IMG/VR virus record: IMGVR_UViG_3300047551_002158
Direction: 5' to 3' (one strand)
Source of the DNA: a virus
Lineage: Duplodnaviria; Caudoviricetes
DNA length: 64,000 bases
In this document: in pieces, positions 17,601 through 26,792 of the stretch
Layout: each line of letters begins with the position of its first letter
Numbering within the stretch: position 1 is the first letter of the stretch
Notes under the pieces: generated by a model
The model's database searches: none
What the model was told of the DNA's origin: nothing
What the model saw: the letters and a program-made list of their open reading frames with translations, nothing else
Position numbers and translations under genes: made by a program

Positions 17601-18492
17601 AGGTCCTGGTGGCTCACTATCAGTCAATGATGATACTGCATCAACCACACCAATTTATGTTGCATTATCAACTGCAACTTCAGGACCAGTAGGATTTTTA
17701 ACAGTATCCTCAACCAAATTTACATTCATTCCATCATCTGGAAATCTTGGTATAGGAACAACTAATCCACTTTATAAACTTACTGTTACAAACAGCACAA
17801 CTCCAACACCTTCATTACCAAATGCAATAGCAGACTTTACAAGTAATGTTGCTGGATATTCTCAAATTAATATTAGAAATACTTCTAATAATGCTAATGC
17901 TTCAAGTGATGTTGTAGTTACTGCAGATACTGGAACAGATACAATTAACTATATTGACCTTGGAATTAATAACAGTAATTATTCTTCTGGAACTTGGACA
18001 ATTAATGGTCCATTAGATGGATACTTATATTCTATTGATACTAATCTTTCTATTGGTGTTGCTGGACCAACAAAATATCTTTCACTGTTTGCTGGCGGAA
18101 CGTTATCAAATAATGAGATTGTAAGAGTAAATTCTACTGGAGTTGGTATAGGAACTACAAATGTATTATCAACATTAACTGTAAAACCAATATCAACAAC
18201 TTCTATTGTTGGTTTATTTACTGGAACAACTTCAACTGACCTTGTTAGAATTACTCAAGATGGAGTTGGAAATGCACTAAGAGTTGATGACCAGGCAGGA
18301 GGAACCACTCCATTTATTGTTGATAATGTAGGAAGAGTTGGTATCAATACTATTACTGCAACATCAAATCTTACTGTTCACGGAAGTGCGACTGTAACCG
18401 GAATCACAACATCTCAATATTTGGATGGAATTGCAATTCAAACTTTAAGAGGTTCTATTCTTGCTATTTCTTATAATATGTCTATGCCTTAA
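14608..18492 (+). CDS. Collagen-like tail fibre/whisker protein
   Basis: Two long Gly-X-Y tracts (GTQ/GSQ/GIT/GTT) separated by a ~170-aa globular insert; C-terminal GIGTTNP fibre repeats. Confidence 0.85.
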   Translation: MPNVSIGSTNYNVTVGYSPSVKVVREATGLTGSQGLQGLQGSGGSQGTAGYIGLDGAQGAIGSQGTQGIIGSQGIQGLQGVQGLDGAFVAQGIQGSIGSQGTQGITGSQGLQGTQGISVQGSTGPQGLQGTQGIIGSQGVTGIQGLQGIQGISVQGSIGSQGIQGSIGSQGIQGFVGSQGTQGTTGSQGTQGISVQGTQGTTGSQGTQGISIQGTQGTIGSQGIQGFVGSQGLQGTQGISVQGSIGPQGIQGITGSQGTQGISVQGTQGTQGISVQGTTGSQGIQGTTGTQGTQGISIQGTTGSQGIQGTTGSQGTQGISVQGTTGSQGIQGTTGTQGTQGISVQGTTGSQGTQGIIGSQGTQGTTGTQGTQGISVQGTQGTQGISVQGTTGTQGTQGISVQGTTGSQGTQGITGSQGIQGISVQGTQGTQGISVQGTTGTQGAQGTTGTQGTGGVQGSTGSGSQGIQGITGTQGTDGIQGTTGAGSQGLQGIQGNTGIAGVSASGRIWYFSQINSDISGYESLIPDILDGSPQDDMVGICSAASGEVLIEEFATEVGDPGITELPPGEYEIRFWGYVSESVGVTSLRFKNYAYNNGNETLLFQLTTGDINALVPTYYTQLGILTGPVAIAASDRIVTKVYCLTDNVGVITAHFVHSGATPSNWRTAITQGYVGPQGLTGAQGIQGITGTQGAIGIQGFDGVQGIQGITGAGTQGITGSQGTQGISIQGTQGITGSQGTQGISVQGTQGITGSQGTQGTTGSQGIQGISVQGTQGITGSQGTQGTTGSQGIQGISVQGTQGITGSQGTQGTTGSQGTQGISVQGTQGITGSQGTQGISIQGTQGITGSQGTQGTTGSQGTQGISVQGTQGITGSQGTQGISVQGTQGTTGTQGTQGISVQGTQGITGSQGTQGISIQGTQGITGSQGTQGISVQGTQGITGSQGTQGITGSGSQGTQGITGSGSQGTQGTEGSQGTQGISVQGTQGITGSQGASGGGGGPGGSLSVNDDTASTTPIYVALSTATSGPVGFLTVSSTKFTFIPSSGNLGIGTTNPLYKLTVTNSTTPTPSLPNAIADFTSNVAGYSQINIRNTSNNANASSDVVVTADTGTDTINYIDLGINNSNYSSGTWTINGPLDGYLYSIDTNLSIGVAGPTKYLSLFAGGTLSNNEIVRVNSTGVGIGTTNVLSTLTVKPISTTSIVGLFTGTTSTDLVRITQDGVGNALRVDDQAGGTTPFIVDNVGRVGINTITATSNLTVHGSATVTGITTSQYLDGIAIQTLRGSILAISYNMSMP
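14690..17590 (+). repeat. Coding tandem repeats of the collagen-like tracts, including three near-perfect 78-bp copies at 16828-17061
   Basis: Unit GISVQ-GTQ-GIT-GSQ-GTQ-GTT-GSQ-GIQ starts at 16828, 16906 and 16984. Confidence 0.9.
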
Positions 18493-18531
18493 TACATAAC
18501 ATATATAAAATAAAAAAGAAGGATTTAATAA

Positions 18532-18996
18532 ATGGCGATCACTACTTTAAATACTGCACCAATTTTTACAGGAACACCTGATGTTAATTTTACAAGAATA
18601 ACTGCAGCACAGAACAACTCACAAGGTAATGGAACAGTTGGAACTGATATTTTCCTTGCATTCAGTGCAGGAGCAAGTGGAAGTTATTTGCAAAAAGTTA
18701 GATTTACTTTAACTGGTGCGACGGCAAACACTGCATCTACTGCTGCAGTATTGAGAATTTATTTGTCTACTGTAAACACAGGTTCTACTACGTCTTCTAA
18801 TACGTTTTTAATTCAAGAAGTGACTGCAGCTGCACAAACACCTAACGTAGTTACTACATTAACTGGCGCAACATATCCAATTGATGTCCCACTTAACTTT
18901 GCAATCCCTAGTGGATATTATCTTTTAGTTGGTATAAGTGCTGTTGCTGGTGCTAACTCTGTTTGGGTTGCATCTGTATATGGAGGAGATTACTGA
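18532..18996 (+). CDS. Putative fibre-associated virion protein
   Basis: Thr/Ala/Gly-rich beta-type ORF directly after the fibre gene. Confidence 0.6.
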   Translation: MAITTLNTAPIFTGTPDVNFTRITAAQNNSQGNGTVGTDIFLAFSAGASGSYLQKVRFTLTGATANTASTAAVLRIYLSTVNTGSTTSSNTFLIQEVTAAAQTPNVVTTLTGATYPIDVPLNFAIPSGYYLLVGISAVAGANSVWVASVYGGDY

Positions 18997-19148
18997 TGGA
19001 AACTATTGTAAAAATTAACTTTAATGAAGGTCCGATTGCAACTGGATTTATTCATCTAAATGAAAATCACGAAATTACACTATTCACTGATGAGAATGGA
19101 AATGAACTTACAGAGTATGCATCTTGGTATGTTCCAGAGGAAGTATAA
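18996..19148 (+). CDS. Small hypothetical protein
   Basis: TGATG-coupled, GGAGG RBS; METIVKINFNEG... Confidence 0.65.
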   Translation: METIVKINFNEGPIATGFIHLNENHEITLFTDENGNELTEYASWYVPEEV

Positions 19149-20074
19149 TGCTTGATCTACTACATTTACCAAAACCACAAAATGGTTATATTGATTATTA
19201 CATAGGAAAATCTGGATCTTTAGGTGGTACTTGGGAAATCTGGGAAAAACCTAGAGGTATTAATATGATCCGAATTACCACTATTGGTGGTGGATCTGGT
19301 GGGGGGAGGGGTTTTGGTGGTTCGAATACTACTGCAAGAGGCGGTGGAGCTGGCGGAAGTTGTGGAGGTTATACTTCAGTTCTTCTTGCAGCATTTCATC
19401 TACCAGATCGTCTTTATGTTTCTGCTGGTAGGGGTGGTGCTGGAGGTAATGTCAGTGTCAGTAGTGGTACTCCGGGTATTGGTTCTTATGTTGCGATTGC
19501 ACCTTATACTACATTAACAGGTATCTATACAGTCTGTTATGCACTTTCTGGTGGAGCTGGATCTGGTGGCGGCAACGCTGCAACTGCTACTGGAGGTTCG
19601 GCACCTCTCGCTGCCACTATTGCCAACACCCTTGTTGCAGGATTGGGAGTATTCACTGCTATTGCTGGACAAGCAGGGGTTAATGGTGGTGTAATTGGTG
19701 GCGGTGCTGGACAATCTGTAACTTATCCAACATCAGGACTTCTACTTTCTGGTGGTGCTGGAGGTGGTGGTGGTGCTGGATTTGCTGGAGGAAACGTAAC
19801 TGCTCCAACTCAAGCAACACTTTCATTATTTACTACAAGAAATGGTGGTGCAGGAACTGGTGTTCCTGGAGATGCTGGAGTTCAATTATATCAACCTTTA
19901 CTTTCTACTGGTGGTGCTGGAGGTGGTACTTCTGCTGATGGAACCGCCTTAGGTGGTGAAGGTGGGGGAGGTGGATTTGGTTCTGGCGGCGGCGGTGGTG
20001 GTGCTGGAGGTACTACTGGTGGGGGTGATGGTGGTGCTGGTGGTGCTGGATTAGTAATCATTCATTCCTGGTAA
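19148..20074 (+). CDS. Glycine-rich putative adhesin/fibre-tip protein, paralog 1
   Basis: WEKPRGINMIRIT.IGGG.GGG N-terminus, polyglycine runs, GLVIIHSW C-terminus. Confidence 0.75.
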   Translation: MLDLLHLPKPQNGYIDYYIGKSGSLGGTWEIWEKPRGINMIRITTIGGGSGGGRGFGGSNTTARGGGAGGSCGGYTSVLLAAFHLPDRLYVSAGRGGAGGNVSVSSGTPGIGSYVAIAPYTTLTGIYTVCYALSGGAGSGGGNAATATGGSAPLAATIANTLVAGLGVFTAIAGQAGVNGGVIGGGAGQSVTYPTSGLLLSGGAGGGGGAGFAGGNVTAPTQATLSLFTTRNGGAGTGVPGDAGVQLYQPLLSTGGAGGGTSADGTALGGEGGGGGFGSGGGGGGAGGTTGGGDGGAGGAGLVIIHSW

Positions 20075-20146
20075 TTATGTTAGACTTAAATCAATACTTC
20101 TATATAATAATAAAATTAAATTTCTGGTTAATAATGGAGAAATATA

Positions 20147-21082
20147 GTGCTTGATTTACTACATTTACCAAAACCACAAAATGGTTATATTGATTATTAC
20201 ATAGGAAAATCTGGATCTTTAGGTGGTACTTGGGAAATCTGGGAGAAACCCAGAGGTATCAATATGATCCGAATTATCACTATCGGTGGAGGTGGTGGAG
20301 GAGCAAGTGGATTTCCTTCAGCAACCACCAACGCAAGAGGTGGTGGCGGCGGAGGTGGTTCTGGAGGATATACCTCAGTCATTATTCCTGCAATTTATCT
20401 TCCCGACCGTCTTTATGTTTCTGCTGGTAGGGGTGGAACAGGTGGTGCAACATCAACCACAGTAGGTAATGCTGGTGGTTTGGGATTTGGTTCTTATGTT
20501 GCTATTGCACCTTATACTACATTAACAGGTATATATACTGTTTGTTATGCAAACGCAAGTACAACTGCACCCACTGCACCAACTGCTGCTGTCGTTGGTG
20601 GTGCTGGTGCTGGTGCTGCTGTTGCTACTATTGCTAACACCCTTGTTGCTGGATTAGGGTTATTTACTGCTTATGGTGGTGTTAATGGAGCCGGCGGTGG
20701 TGCTGTTGCTAACGGTACTGGTGGTTCTATTAACTACCCAACATCAGGACTTCTACTTTCTGGTGGTGCTGGTGGTGGAGGAGGTATTGGTGCTGGAGGA
20801 AACGTTACTGCACCAGCTCAAGCATCTTATGTTTATTTCACTACAAGAAATGGTGGTGCAGCAACCAGTGTTCCTGGAGATGCTGGAGTTGAATTGCAAC
20901 AACCTTTACTTTCTACTGGTGGTGCTGGTGGTGGTTCATCTTCAGGAAATACTTTAGGTGGCGAAGGTGGTGAAGGTGGATTTGGTTCTGGTGGTGGAGG
21001 AGGTGGTGCTGGTGGTACTACTGGCGGTGGTGGTGCTGGTGGTGATGGTGGTCCCGGATTAGTAATCATTCACTGCTGGTAA
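20147..21082 (+). CDS. Glycine-rich putative adhesin/fibre-tip protein, paralog 2
   Basis: GTG start; first ~40 aa identical to paralog 1. Confidence 0.75.
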   Translation: MLDLLHLPKPQNGYIDYYIGKSGSLGGTWEIWEKPRGINMIRIITIGGGGGGASGFPSATTNARGGGGGGGSGGYTSVIIPAIYLPDRLYVSAGRGGTGGATSTTVGNAGGLGFGSYVAIAPYTTLTGIYTVCYANASTTAPTAPTAAVVGGAGAGAAVATIANTLVAGLGLFTAYGGVNGAGGGAVANGTGGSINYPTSGLLLSGGAGGGGGIGAGGNVTAPAQASYVYFTTRNGGAATSVPGDAGVELQQPLLSTGGAGGGSSSGNTLGGEGGEGGFGSGGGGGGAGGTTGGGGAGGDGGPGLVIIHCW

Positions 21083-21084
21083 TT

Positions 21085-22017
21085 ATGTTAGACCTAAATC
21101 ATCTTACTTTACCAACAACTGGAAGAACTGATTACTTTTATGGTAAGTCATCAACTCTAGGTGGAACTTGGGAAATCTGGGAGAAACCCAGAGGTATCAA
21201 TATGGTTCACATCACTTGTATTGGTGATGGTGGTGGAGGTGGAGGTGGAGCATCAAACAACTCAACTACTGCTAGAGGTGGTGGTGCTGGTGGAAGTTCT
21301 GGAGGATTTACTTCTCTTTCAATTCCTGCAATATTTCTTCCTGATGTTCTTTATGTCTCAGTTGGTTCTGGTGGAAGAGGTGGTGCTCCAGGAAACCCAG
21401 CATCACTTGGAACTGCTGGCGTTGGTTCTTATGTTACGATTGCACCTTATACCGCATTAACTGGTATCTATACTGTTTGTTATGCAAATGGTGGAACTGT
21501 TTCTGCAGTTCAAGCAAGTAGCACTGCAACTTCTACTGCTCCTGGTGCCGTTGCTGCTGCGACAATTGCGAATATGTTAATTGCTGGACTTGGAAACTTT
21601 TCTGCTCTTGCTGGACAAGTTGGTGGTGCTGGTGGTGCGTTTAATAATGGTGTTGGTGGCGTAGTCAATTATCCAACGACAGGACTTTTACTTTGTGGTG
21701 GTGGAGGTGGTGGAGGAGGTTCTTCTGCTGGGAGTGGTAATACTGTACCTACTCAAGCAACTTATGTTTATTTTACGGCAATAGCAGGAGGAGCGGCAGG
21801 AAACCCAGCACTTGATGGTAGAAGTGGATATCAAATTCAACAACCATTATTATCTTTAGGTGGTACTGGCGGTGGTGCTGGATCTAACAATAATGCTGTT
21901 GCTGGAAATGGAAGACCTGGAGCAATTGGATGTGGTGGTGGAGGAGGTGGTGGTGGTGCTACTGGAGGAACTGGTGGTGATGGTGGACCTGGATTGGTAA
22001 TTATTCAGTCTTGGTGA
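21085..22017 (+). CDS. Glycine-rich putative adhesin/fibre-tip protein, paralog 3
   Basis: Same conserved blocks (APYT.LTGIYTVCYA, YPT.GLLL, QPLLS.GG), more diverged. Confidence 0.75.
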   Translation: MLDLNHLTLPTTGRTDYFYGKSSTLGGTWEIWEKPRGINMVHITCIGDGGGGGGGASNNSTTARGGGAGGSSGGFTSLSIPAIFLPDVLYVSVGSGGRGGAPGNPASLGTAGVGSYVTIAPYTALTGIYTVCYANGGTVSAVQASSTATSTAPGAVAAATIANMLIAGLGNFSALAGQVGGAGGAFNNGVGGVVNYPTTGLLLCGGGGGGGGSSAGSGNTVPTQATYVYFTAIAGGAAGNPALDGRSGYQIQQPLLSLGGTGGGAGSNNNAVAGNGRPGAIGCGGGGGGGGATGGTGGDGGPGLVIIQSW

Positions 22018-22071
22018 TTTTGACTTTATTGTAATCATCAAGTAAAATAAATATTAGAAAAATCCATAAGA

Positions 22072-23730
22072 ATGAATAGATATTCAAAGATTTTACATCA
22101 TATTGGTTCTAACAAAACTAAAACTCCCAAAAGTTCTTCAGGTAAGAAAAGAACTTTTGAGGAGTATGAAGCAGAGCAGAAAAAAACTGATGTTGATAGA
22201 TTAAAAGAACAAACACAAGAACTCACTGAGAACATCGAGTTCCTACAAAATCTTGTCGTCAATCAGCACGATGAGGTTTATGAACTTCGTCAGCAACTGA
22301 AGAATACTCCAATTCCTCAACCAAAAAAGCAACTAACTGAAGGTTTATTGAATGAACCTCCAAGTATGAAGAACAGTGACCCACTCACGCCACTGGATCA
22401 AAAGTATGTAACTTTTCAACAGTTAAGTGATCACTATCGTCTCTTTACTAATCGTGTGCTGGAGCAAATGGCAACGGTTGGTGGTGGTGGTGAAACGCAA
22501 TTTAAGTTTCTTGATGATGTTAGAAACTTTATTTTTGTTGGAACAAAGAATGATTTACCTCCAGCAGTGAATGGAGTAATCACTCTTAAAGATAACTATA
22601 CTTATTTCTTTACTACTACTGTTGATCTGGAGGGAGACTGTTTAGTTGCTGGGGATAATACTACAATTCTTGGTGGTTCATCCGAGAACTGTAGAATTAA
22701 ATCCACAGGTATCAGTACAACTACCGCACTCTTAAGTAGTGCTTATTCTCTTCCACTTCGCAATATTACTCTTGAAGCACCATTTGCGATTAATCTTGTA
22801 GCATCAAATCCTGCTGTACACGCACTGGATTGGTTCGGTGTAAACTTTACTAATTGTGCAAGGGTTGGAATTATTTCAAGTTACAATAACTTTATTATGC
22901 TTGATGGTGCTTTCATCGGTGCTCAAGATTTAACCTTTGATGGAACAACGGGTACTGTTGGATTTAACCAGTGTTTATTCACAGGACAATTTCCTCCAGG
23001 CAATCCTTCTGGTAAATCTATTTTGAAGTTCCCAAGTACTTTTAATTGTACCAGAAGAATTCGTGTTACTGTTTGTTCGTTTATTGTTCCTCCAGGTTAT
23101 ACAGGAATTACTGTCCAGGATGGAGCTGTATTTTCACAATCAGAAAGTTTTATTCTACAAACCTGTAACTTCTCTGGACCAGGAACTAAAGTTGGCGTAA
23201 GCACTCATACGGATATTAATGGTAGAGATACCTTTTTTGAAGGAAATCGTGGTATTGATAATACATATCCTTCTGGACAATATTATATGTCTAATAATTC
23301 CACAGTAACATCTGTGGGAGGAACTGATGTTTGGACAAAAGTTGCTGGAATAACAACTACTGATGGTTCTATTAATTCCAAATTCACAGCAACTGATAAC
23401 AGACTGACTTATGATGTTGCAATTGATAGAAGATTTTTATCTCAAGCAACTGTTACCTTCACTCAAGATGCTCCTGCTTCAGGTCCATTTGTTGACTTTG
23501 ATGTAGAAGTGGGAATTCTTGATTATGATGTAGCAGCAGGAATAGGTACAGTTCTTAAGTCATCGAGAACTTTAGTTAAGAATACTACCTATGGACAATA
23601 TTATACTCTTCATTTAACTGATATTCATAACCACAAACAAAATGATTATGTTGAGATTTATATTCGTAATAAGAACACTGATACTGGTATCTTAGTTACT
23701 GATATGAGTATGCTTGTAACTTCTATCTAA
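22072..23730 (+). CDS. Putative virion protein: N-terminal coiled coil, GGGG linker, C-terminal beta-rich domains
   Basis: Coiled coil at about aa 25-85; LTPLDQKYVTF..MATVGGGGE linker; beta-helix-like and jelly-roll-like C-terminal part; TAAATA upstream. Confidence 0.55.
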   Translation: MNRYSKILHHIGSNKTKTPKSSSGKKRTFEEYEAEQKKTDVDRLKEQTQELTENIEFLQNLVVNQHDEVYELRQQLKNTPIPQPKKQLTEGLLNEPPSMKNSDPLTPLDQKYVTFQQLSDHYRLFTNRVLEQMATVGGGGETQFKFLDDVRNFIFVGTKNDLPPAVNGVITLKDNYTYFFTTTVDLEGDCLVAGDNTTILGGSSENCRIKSTGISTTTALLSSAYSLPLRNITLEAPFAINLVASNPAVHALDWFGVNFTNCARVGIISSYNNFIMLDGAFIGAQDLTFDGTTGTVGFNQCLFTGQFPPGNPSGKSILKFPSTFNCTRRIRVTVCSFIVPPGYTGITVQDGAVFSQSESFILQTCNFSGPGTKVGVSTHTDINGRDTFFEGNRGIDNTYPSGQYYMSNNSTVTSVGGTDVWTKVAGITTTDGSINSKFTATDNRLTYDVAIDRRFLSQATVTFTQDAPASGPFVDFDVEVGILDYDVAAGIGTVLKSSRTLVKNTTYGQYYTLHLTDIHNHKQNDYVEIYIRNKNTDTGILVTDMSMLVTSI

Positions 23731-23771
23731 TTGATATAGAATAAATACCATTAAGAAAACATAATGTCTTT

Positions 23772-24746
23772 ATGAACTTCGTTAAACTTGCTTTGGAGAA
23801 TGGTGGTAGCATTAAACCATTACTTATACATCCTGAAGATTTGTCTGGACCATCCCTTACAAATCCATCAGTTCTTGTAATTAATGATAAGATTTTAGTT
23901 AATATTAGAAACGTCAATTATACTCTTTATCATTCAGAGCTCAACAAATTTGAGCATATGTGGGGTCCTCTTTCATACATTCATCCAGAGAATGATATGC
24001 ACTTGAGGACTGTAAATTATATTGCAGAGTTGGACGATAATTTAGATGTTGTTCATTATGCAAAGATTGATACTTCTCAATTTGATACATATCCTCCTCA
24101 ATGGGAATTTGTTGGACTTGAGGATGTCCGTCTCATTCAATGGGAAGGTAAGATTTATGGAATTGGTGTAAGAAGAGATTTGGATACAATTGGAACTGGA
24201 AGAATGGAACTTTCAGAATTTGACTTCACTGATACTGAAGTTAAAGAAGTTTCAAGATATCGTATTCCAGGACCTCCTCCTGATAATGAGTACTGTATGA
24301 AAAACTGTACTCCAATTGAAGGCAAATCATTTCATCTATTGAAGTGGACAAATCCTACTGCACTGATGAAGTTTGATCCAAATGGAGGGGAAACAGAAGT
24401 TTTTGAGACCACGGAATATAATTCAAAACTTAAAGATATGAGAGGTGGTTCTCAAGTTATTAAATATGATGGTGGATATTTAACACTCATTCACGAAACA
24501 GAATTGTATAACAGTGAGCAAGGAAGAAAGAATGCAACATATCGTCATCGGTTTATTGTTTGGGATAAAGATTTTAAAAATCAAAAAGTTTCTCCTTTGT
24601 TCTCATTTATGAATATGAAAATTGAGTTTTCTTGTGGTCTTGCACAATACAAAGATGATTTACTGATTACCTTTGGAGCACAAGATAACGCTGCTTATAT
24701 TCTCAAAATTTCTAAATCTTTTGTGGAGGATTTTATCAATGAATAA
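23772..24746 (+). CDS. Putative beta-propeller glycoside hydrolase/phosphorylase-like protein
   Basis: NPSV, GLEDVRL, MKNCTP, RGGSQ, YRHRF, EFSCGL motifs resembling GH130-like propellers. Confidence 0.55.
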   Translation: MNFVKLALENGGSIKPLLIHPEDLSGPSLTNPSVLVINDKILVNIRNVNYTLYHSELNKFEHMWGPLSYIHPENDMHLRTVNYIAELDDNLDVVHYAKIDTSQFDTYPPQWEFVGLEDVRLIQWEGKIYGIGVRRDLDTIGTGRMELSEFDFTDTEVKEVSRYRIPGPPPDNEYCMKNCTPIEGKSFHLLKWTNPTALMKFDPNGGETEVFETTEYNSKLKDMRGGSQVIKYDGGYLTLIHETELYNSEQGRKNATYRHRFIVWDKDFKNQKVSPLFSFMNMKIEFSCGLAQYKDDLLITFGAQDNAAYILKISKSFVEDFINE

Positions 24747-26787
24747 GTTAGAAGGTCTTCCAAGAATTCATTATATTAGTTTAGAGGAAAGTATAGAAAG
24801 AAGAACTAATTTAGAAAATTGGTTTAAAAAATACAACATTATGGATTATGTTCCTCATCTATTCAAAAGATTTGAAGAATATGATTATAAACTTGTTGGA
24901 CCTTATGTTAATTCTTTAGCACCACATTCTAAAGGACCAATTACTTCCCATTTTACTTTACTGAAACATTGGTATGAAACCACAGATGAATCTTATACTC
25001 TTATTGTTGAGGATGATTTATCTTTAGCACCTGTCGATTATTGGAATTTTACTTGGAAAGATTTTTTTGAAAGTCTTCCAGAAGATTGGAATTGTGTACA
25101 ATTAGTTCTTGTGAGGGAACACTTATGTGAAAATTATTCTTTTGAAAAAAGAAGAGAAAGAGATTGGTGTGCAGCAGCCTTTTTAATTAAGAGGGAATAT
25201 GTCAAACTTCTTTTAGACTCTTATTATTTTGATGATTATTTTAACTTAGATATCAAAGGTCTTGAATACCCACCAGTTATTGAACATCTTTTGTTTACAA
25301 ATAAACCAGGTGTTTACTGTTTTCCTCTTTTTGCGGAGGATTGTTATAATACTCAGTCGAGTTTACTGCCAGAAAATGCTCACGCAGAATTAATAAATGG
25401 TCAGGGACCAATGCATCATTTTTCATATGACTGTGTGATGAATTGGTGGAAAACTAAAGGAAAGTCTTTGAATATTAATCAAATATTTGAAGAAGATTTG
25501 CCTTTTAATTATAAAAATTTAAAGAAAAAATATAATTTAAACATCAACGGAATCATACACGTTGGTGCTCATTATGGAGAAGAAGTCTCCGATTACATTG
25601 AAAGTGGGGTACAGGATATAATTTTATTTGAACCATTGCAAGATAATTTCAATGTTCTTTCGAATAGAATGAAAAATTTAAATGCAAATATTTTATTGCA
25701 TAATGTTGCATTGGGATCTATTCTTCAAAAATCTATAATGTATGTAAGTGATAATGAAGCACAAAGTAGTTCTATTTTAGTACCAAATGTTCATTTAACT
25801 CATCATCCAAATGTAAACTTTCCGGATATTGAAGAAGTTTCTGTAGATGTTTTAGATAATTTTGATTGTGGCAATTCCAATTATCTTCATATGGATGTTC
25901 AAGGATATGAACTGGAAGTGTTAAAAGGTGCAACAGAAACTCTAAAGCACATTGATTATGTTTTATGCGAAGTAAATCGGGATGAACTTTATGAAGGAAA
26001 TGCGTATGTTGAAGAAATAGATGAATTTCTAAAACAATATGGTATGGAGAGAGTTGAAACCTATTGGATGGGGGATATTTGGGGAGATGCTTTGTATATA
26101 AAAAAGAATGCATATGATGTCTCCAAAACTTGTCAAATTCAAAATTTAAGTTCAATCTATCAAAAATATTTTGGATATCCATATAACGGATTTTTTATTG
26201 AGGTTGGTGCTTATGATGGAGAAAGTTTTTCAAATACTTCGTGCCTTGCCGATTGTGGGTGGAAAGGAATTTATGTAGAGCCAATATCTAAATTTTATTC
26301 TCAATGTTTAGAGAGGCACAAAAATAATGATGTTTTAGTTGTTCAATGTTCGATTGGTAGCGAAGAAAAAGAATCTGATATTTATGTGTGTGAAGGACTT
26401 ACTACATCAAATGAAAAATTGGTGGAAATGTATTCTGAAATAGACTGGTCTAAAGATTATGTTTTTTATAAAGACAAATGTAATCAGATAAGATTAGAAA
26501 CTCTTCTTCAAAATCAACAAGTAAATCCAGAATTTGATTTACTTGTTGTTGATGTTGAAGGCAATGAAGAAAGTGTTTTCAATTCTTTTGATTTGGAATA
26601 CTGGTCTCCAAAAATGTTGATAGTTGAATTGATTGATGAGCATCATTCCTTTCAAAAATATTCTGATCACATTGAAAGTAATAAAAATTTGAGAAGTAAA
26701 ATATTGAGTTATAATTATATTGAAGTTTACAAAGATGAGATTAATACTATCTTTGTAAAAAAAGATCTATATAATAAAAATAATTAG
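24739..26787 (+). CDS. Fusion protein: GT25-like glycosyltransferase plus two FkbM-family methyltransferase domains
   Basis: YISLEESIERR..IVEDD; IHVGAHYGEE..MDVQGYELEVLKG; FIEVGAYDGE..VVDVEGNE. Confidence 0.8.
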   Translation: MNKLEGLPRIHYISLEESIERRTNLENWFKKYNIMDYVPHLFKRFEEYDYKLVGPYVNSLAPHSKGPITSHFTLLKHWYETTDESYTLIVEDDLSLAPVDYWNFTWKDFFESLPEDWNCVQLVLVREHLCENYSFEKRRERDWCAAAFLIKREYVKLLLDSYYFDDYFNLDIKGLEYPPVIEHLLFTNKPGVYCFPLFAEDCYNTQSSLLPENAHAELINGQGPMHHFSYDCVMNWWKTKGKSLNINQIFEEDLPFNYKNLKKKYNLNINGIIHVGAHYGEEVSDYIESGVQDIILFEPLQDNFNVLSNRMKNLNANILLHNVALGSILQKSIMYVSDNEAQSSSILVPNVHLTHHPNVNFPDIEEVSVDVLDNFDCGNSNYLHMDVQGYELEVLKGATETLKHIDYVLCEVNRDELYEGNAYVEEIDEFLKQYGMERVETYWMGDIWGDALYIKKNAYDVSKTCQIQNLSSIYQKYFGYPYNGFFIEVGAYDGESFSNTSCLADCGWKGIYVEPISKFYSQCLERHKNNDVLVVQCSIGSEEKESDIYVCEGLTTSNEKLVEMYSEIDWSKDYVFYKDKCNQIRLETLLQNQQVNPEFDLLVVDVEGNEESVFNSFDLEYWSPKMLIVELIDEHHSFQKYSDHIESNKNLRSKILSYNYIEVYKDEINTIFVKKDLYNKNN

Positions 26788-26792
26788 ATGCG

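Noticed and set aside
14608-18492. Hydroxylysine-linked collagen glycosylation as in animals or mimivirus
   Set aside because: The Gly-X-Y tracts contain essentially no Lys, so any glycosylation would have to be on Ser/Thr
19148-22017. Diversity-generating retroelement acting on the glycine-rich paralogs
   Set aside because: No reverse transcriptase in the window, and differences between copies are not adenine-specific template/variable repeat pairs
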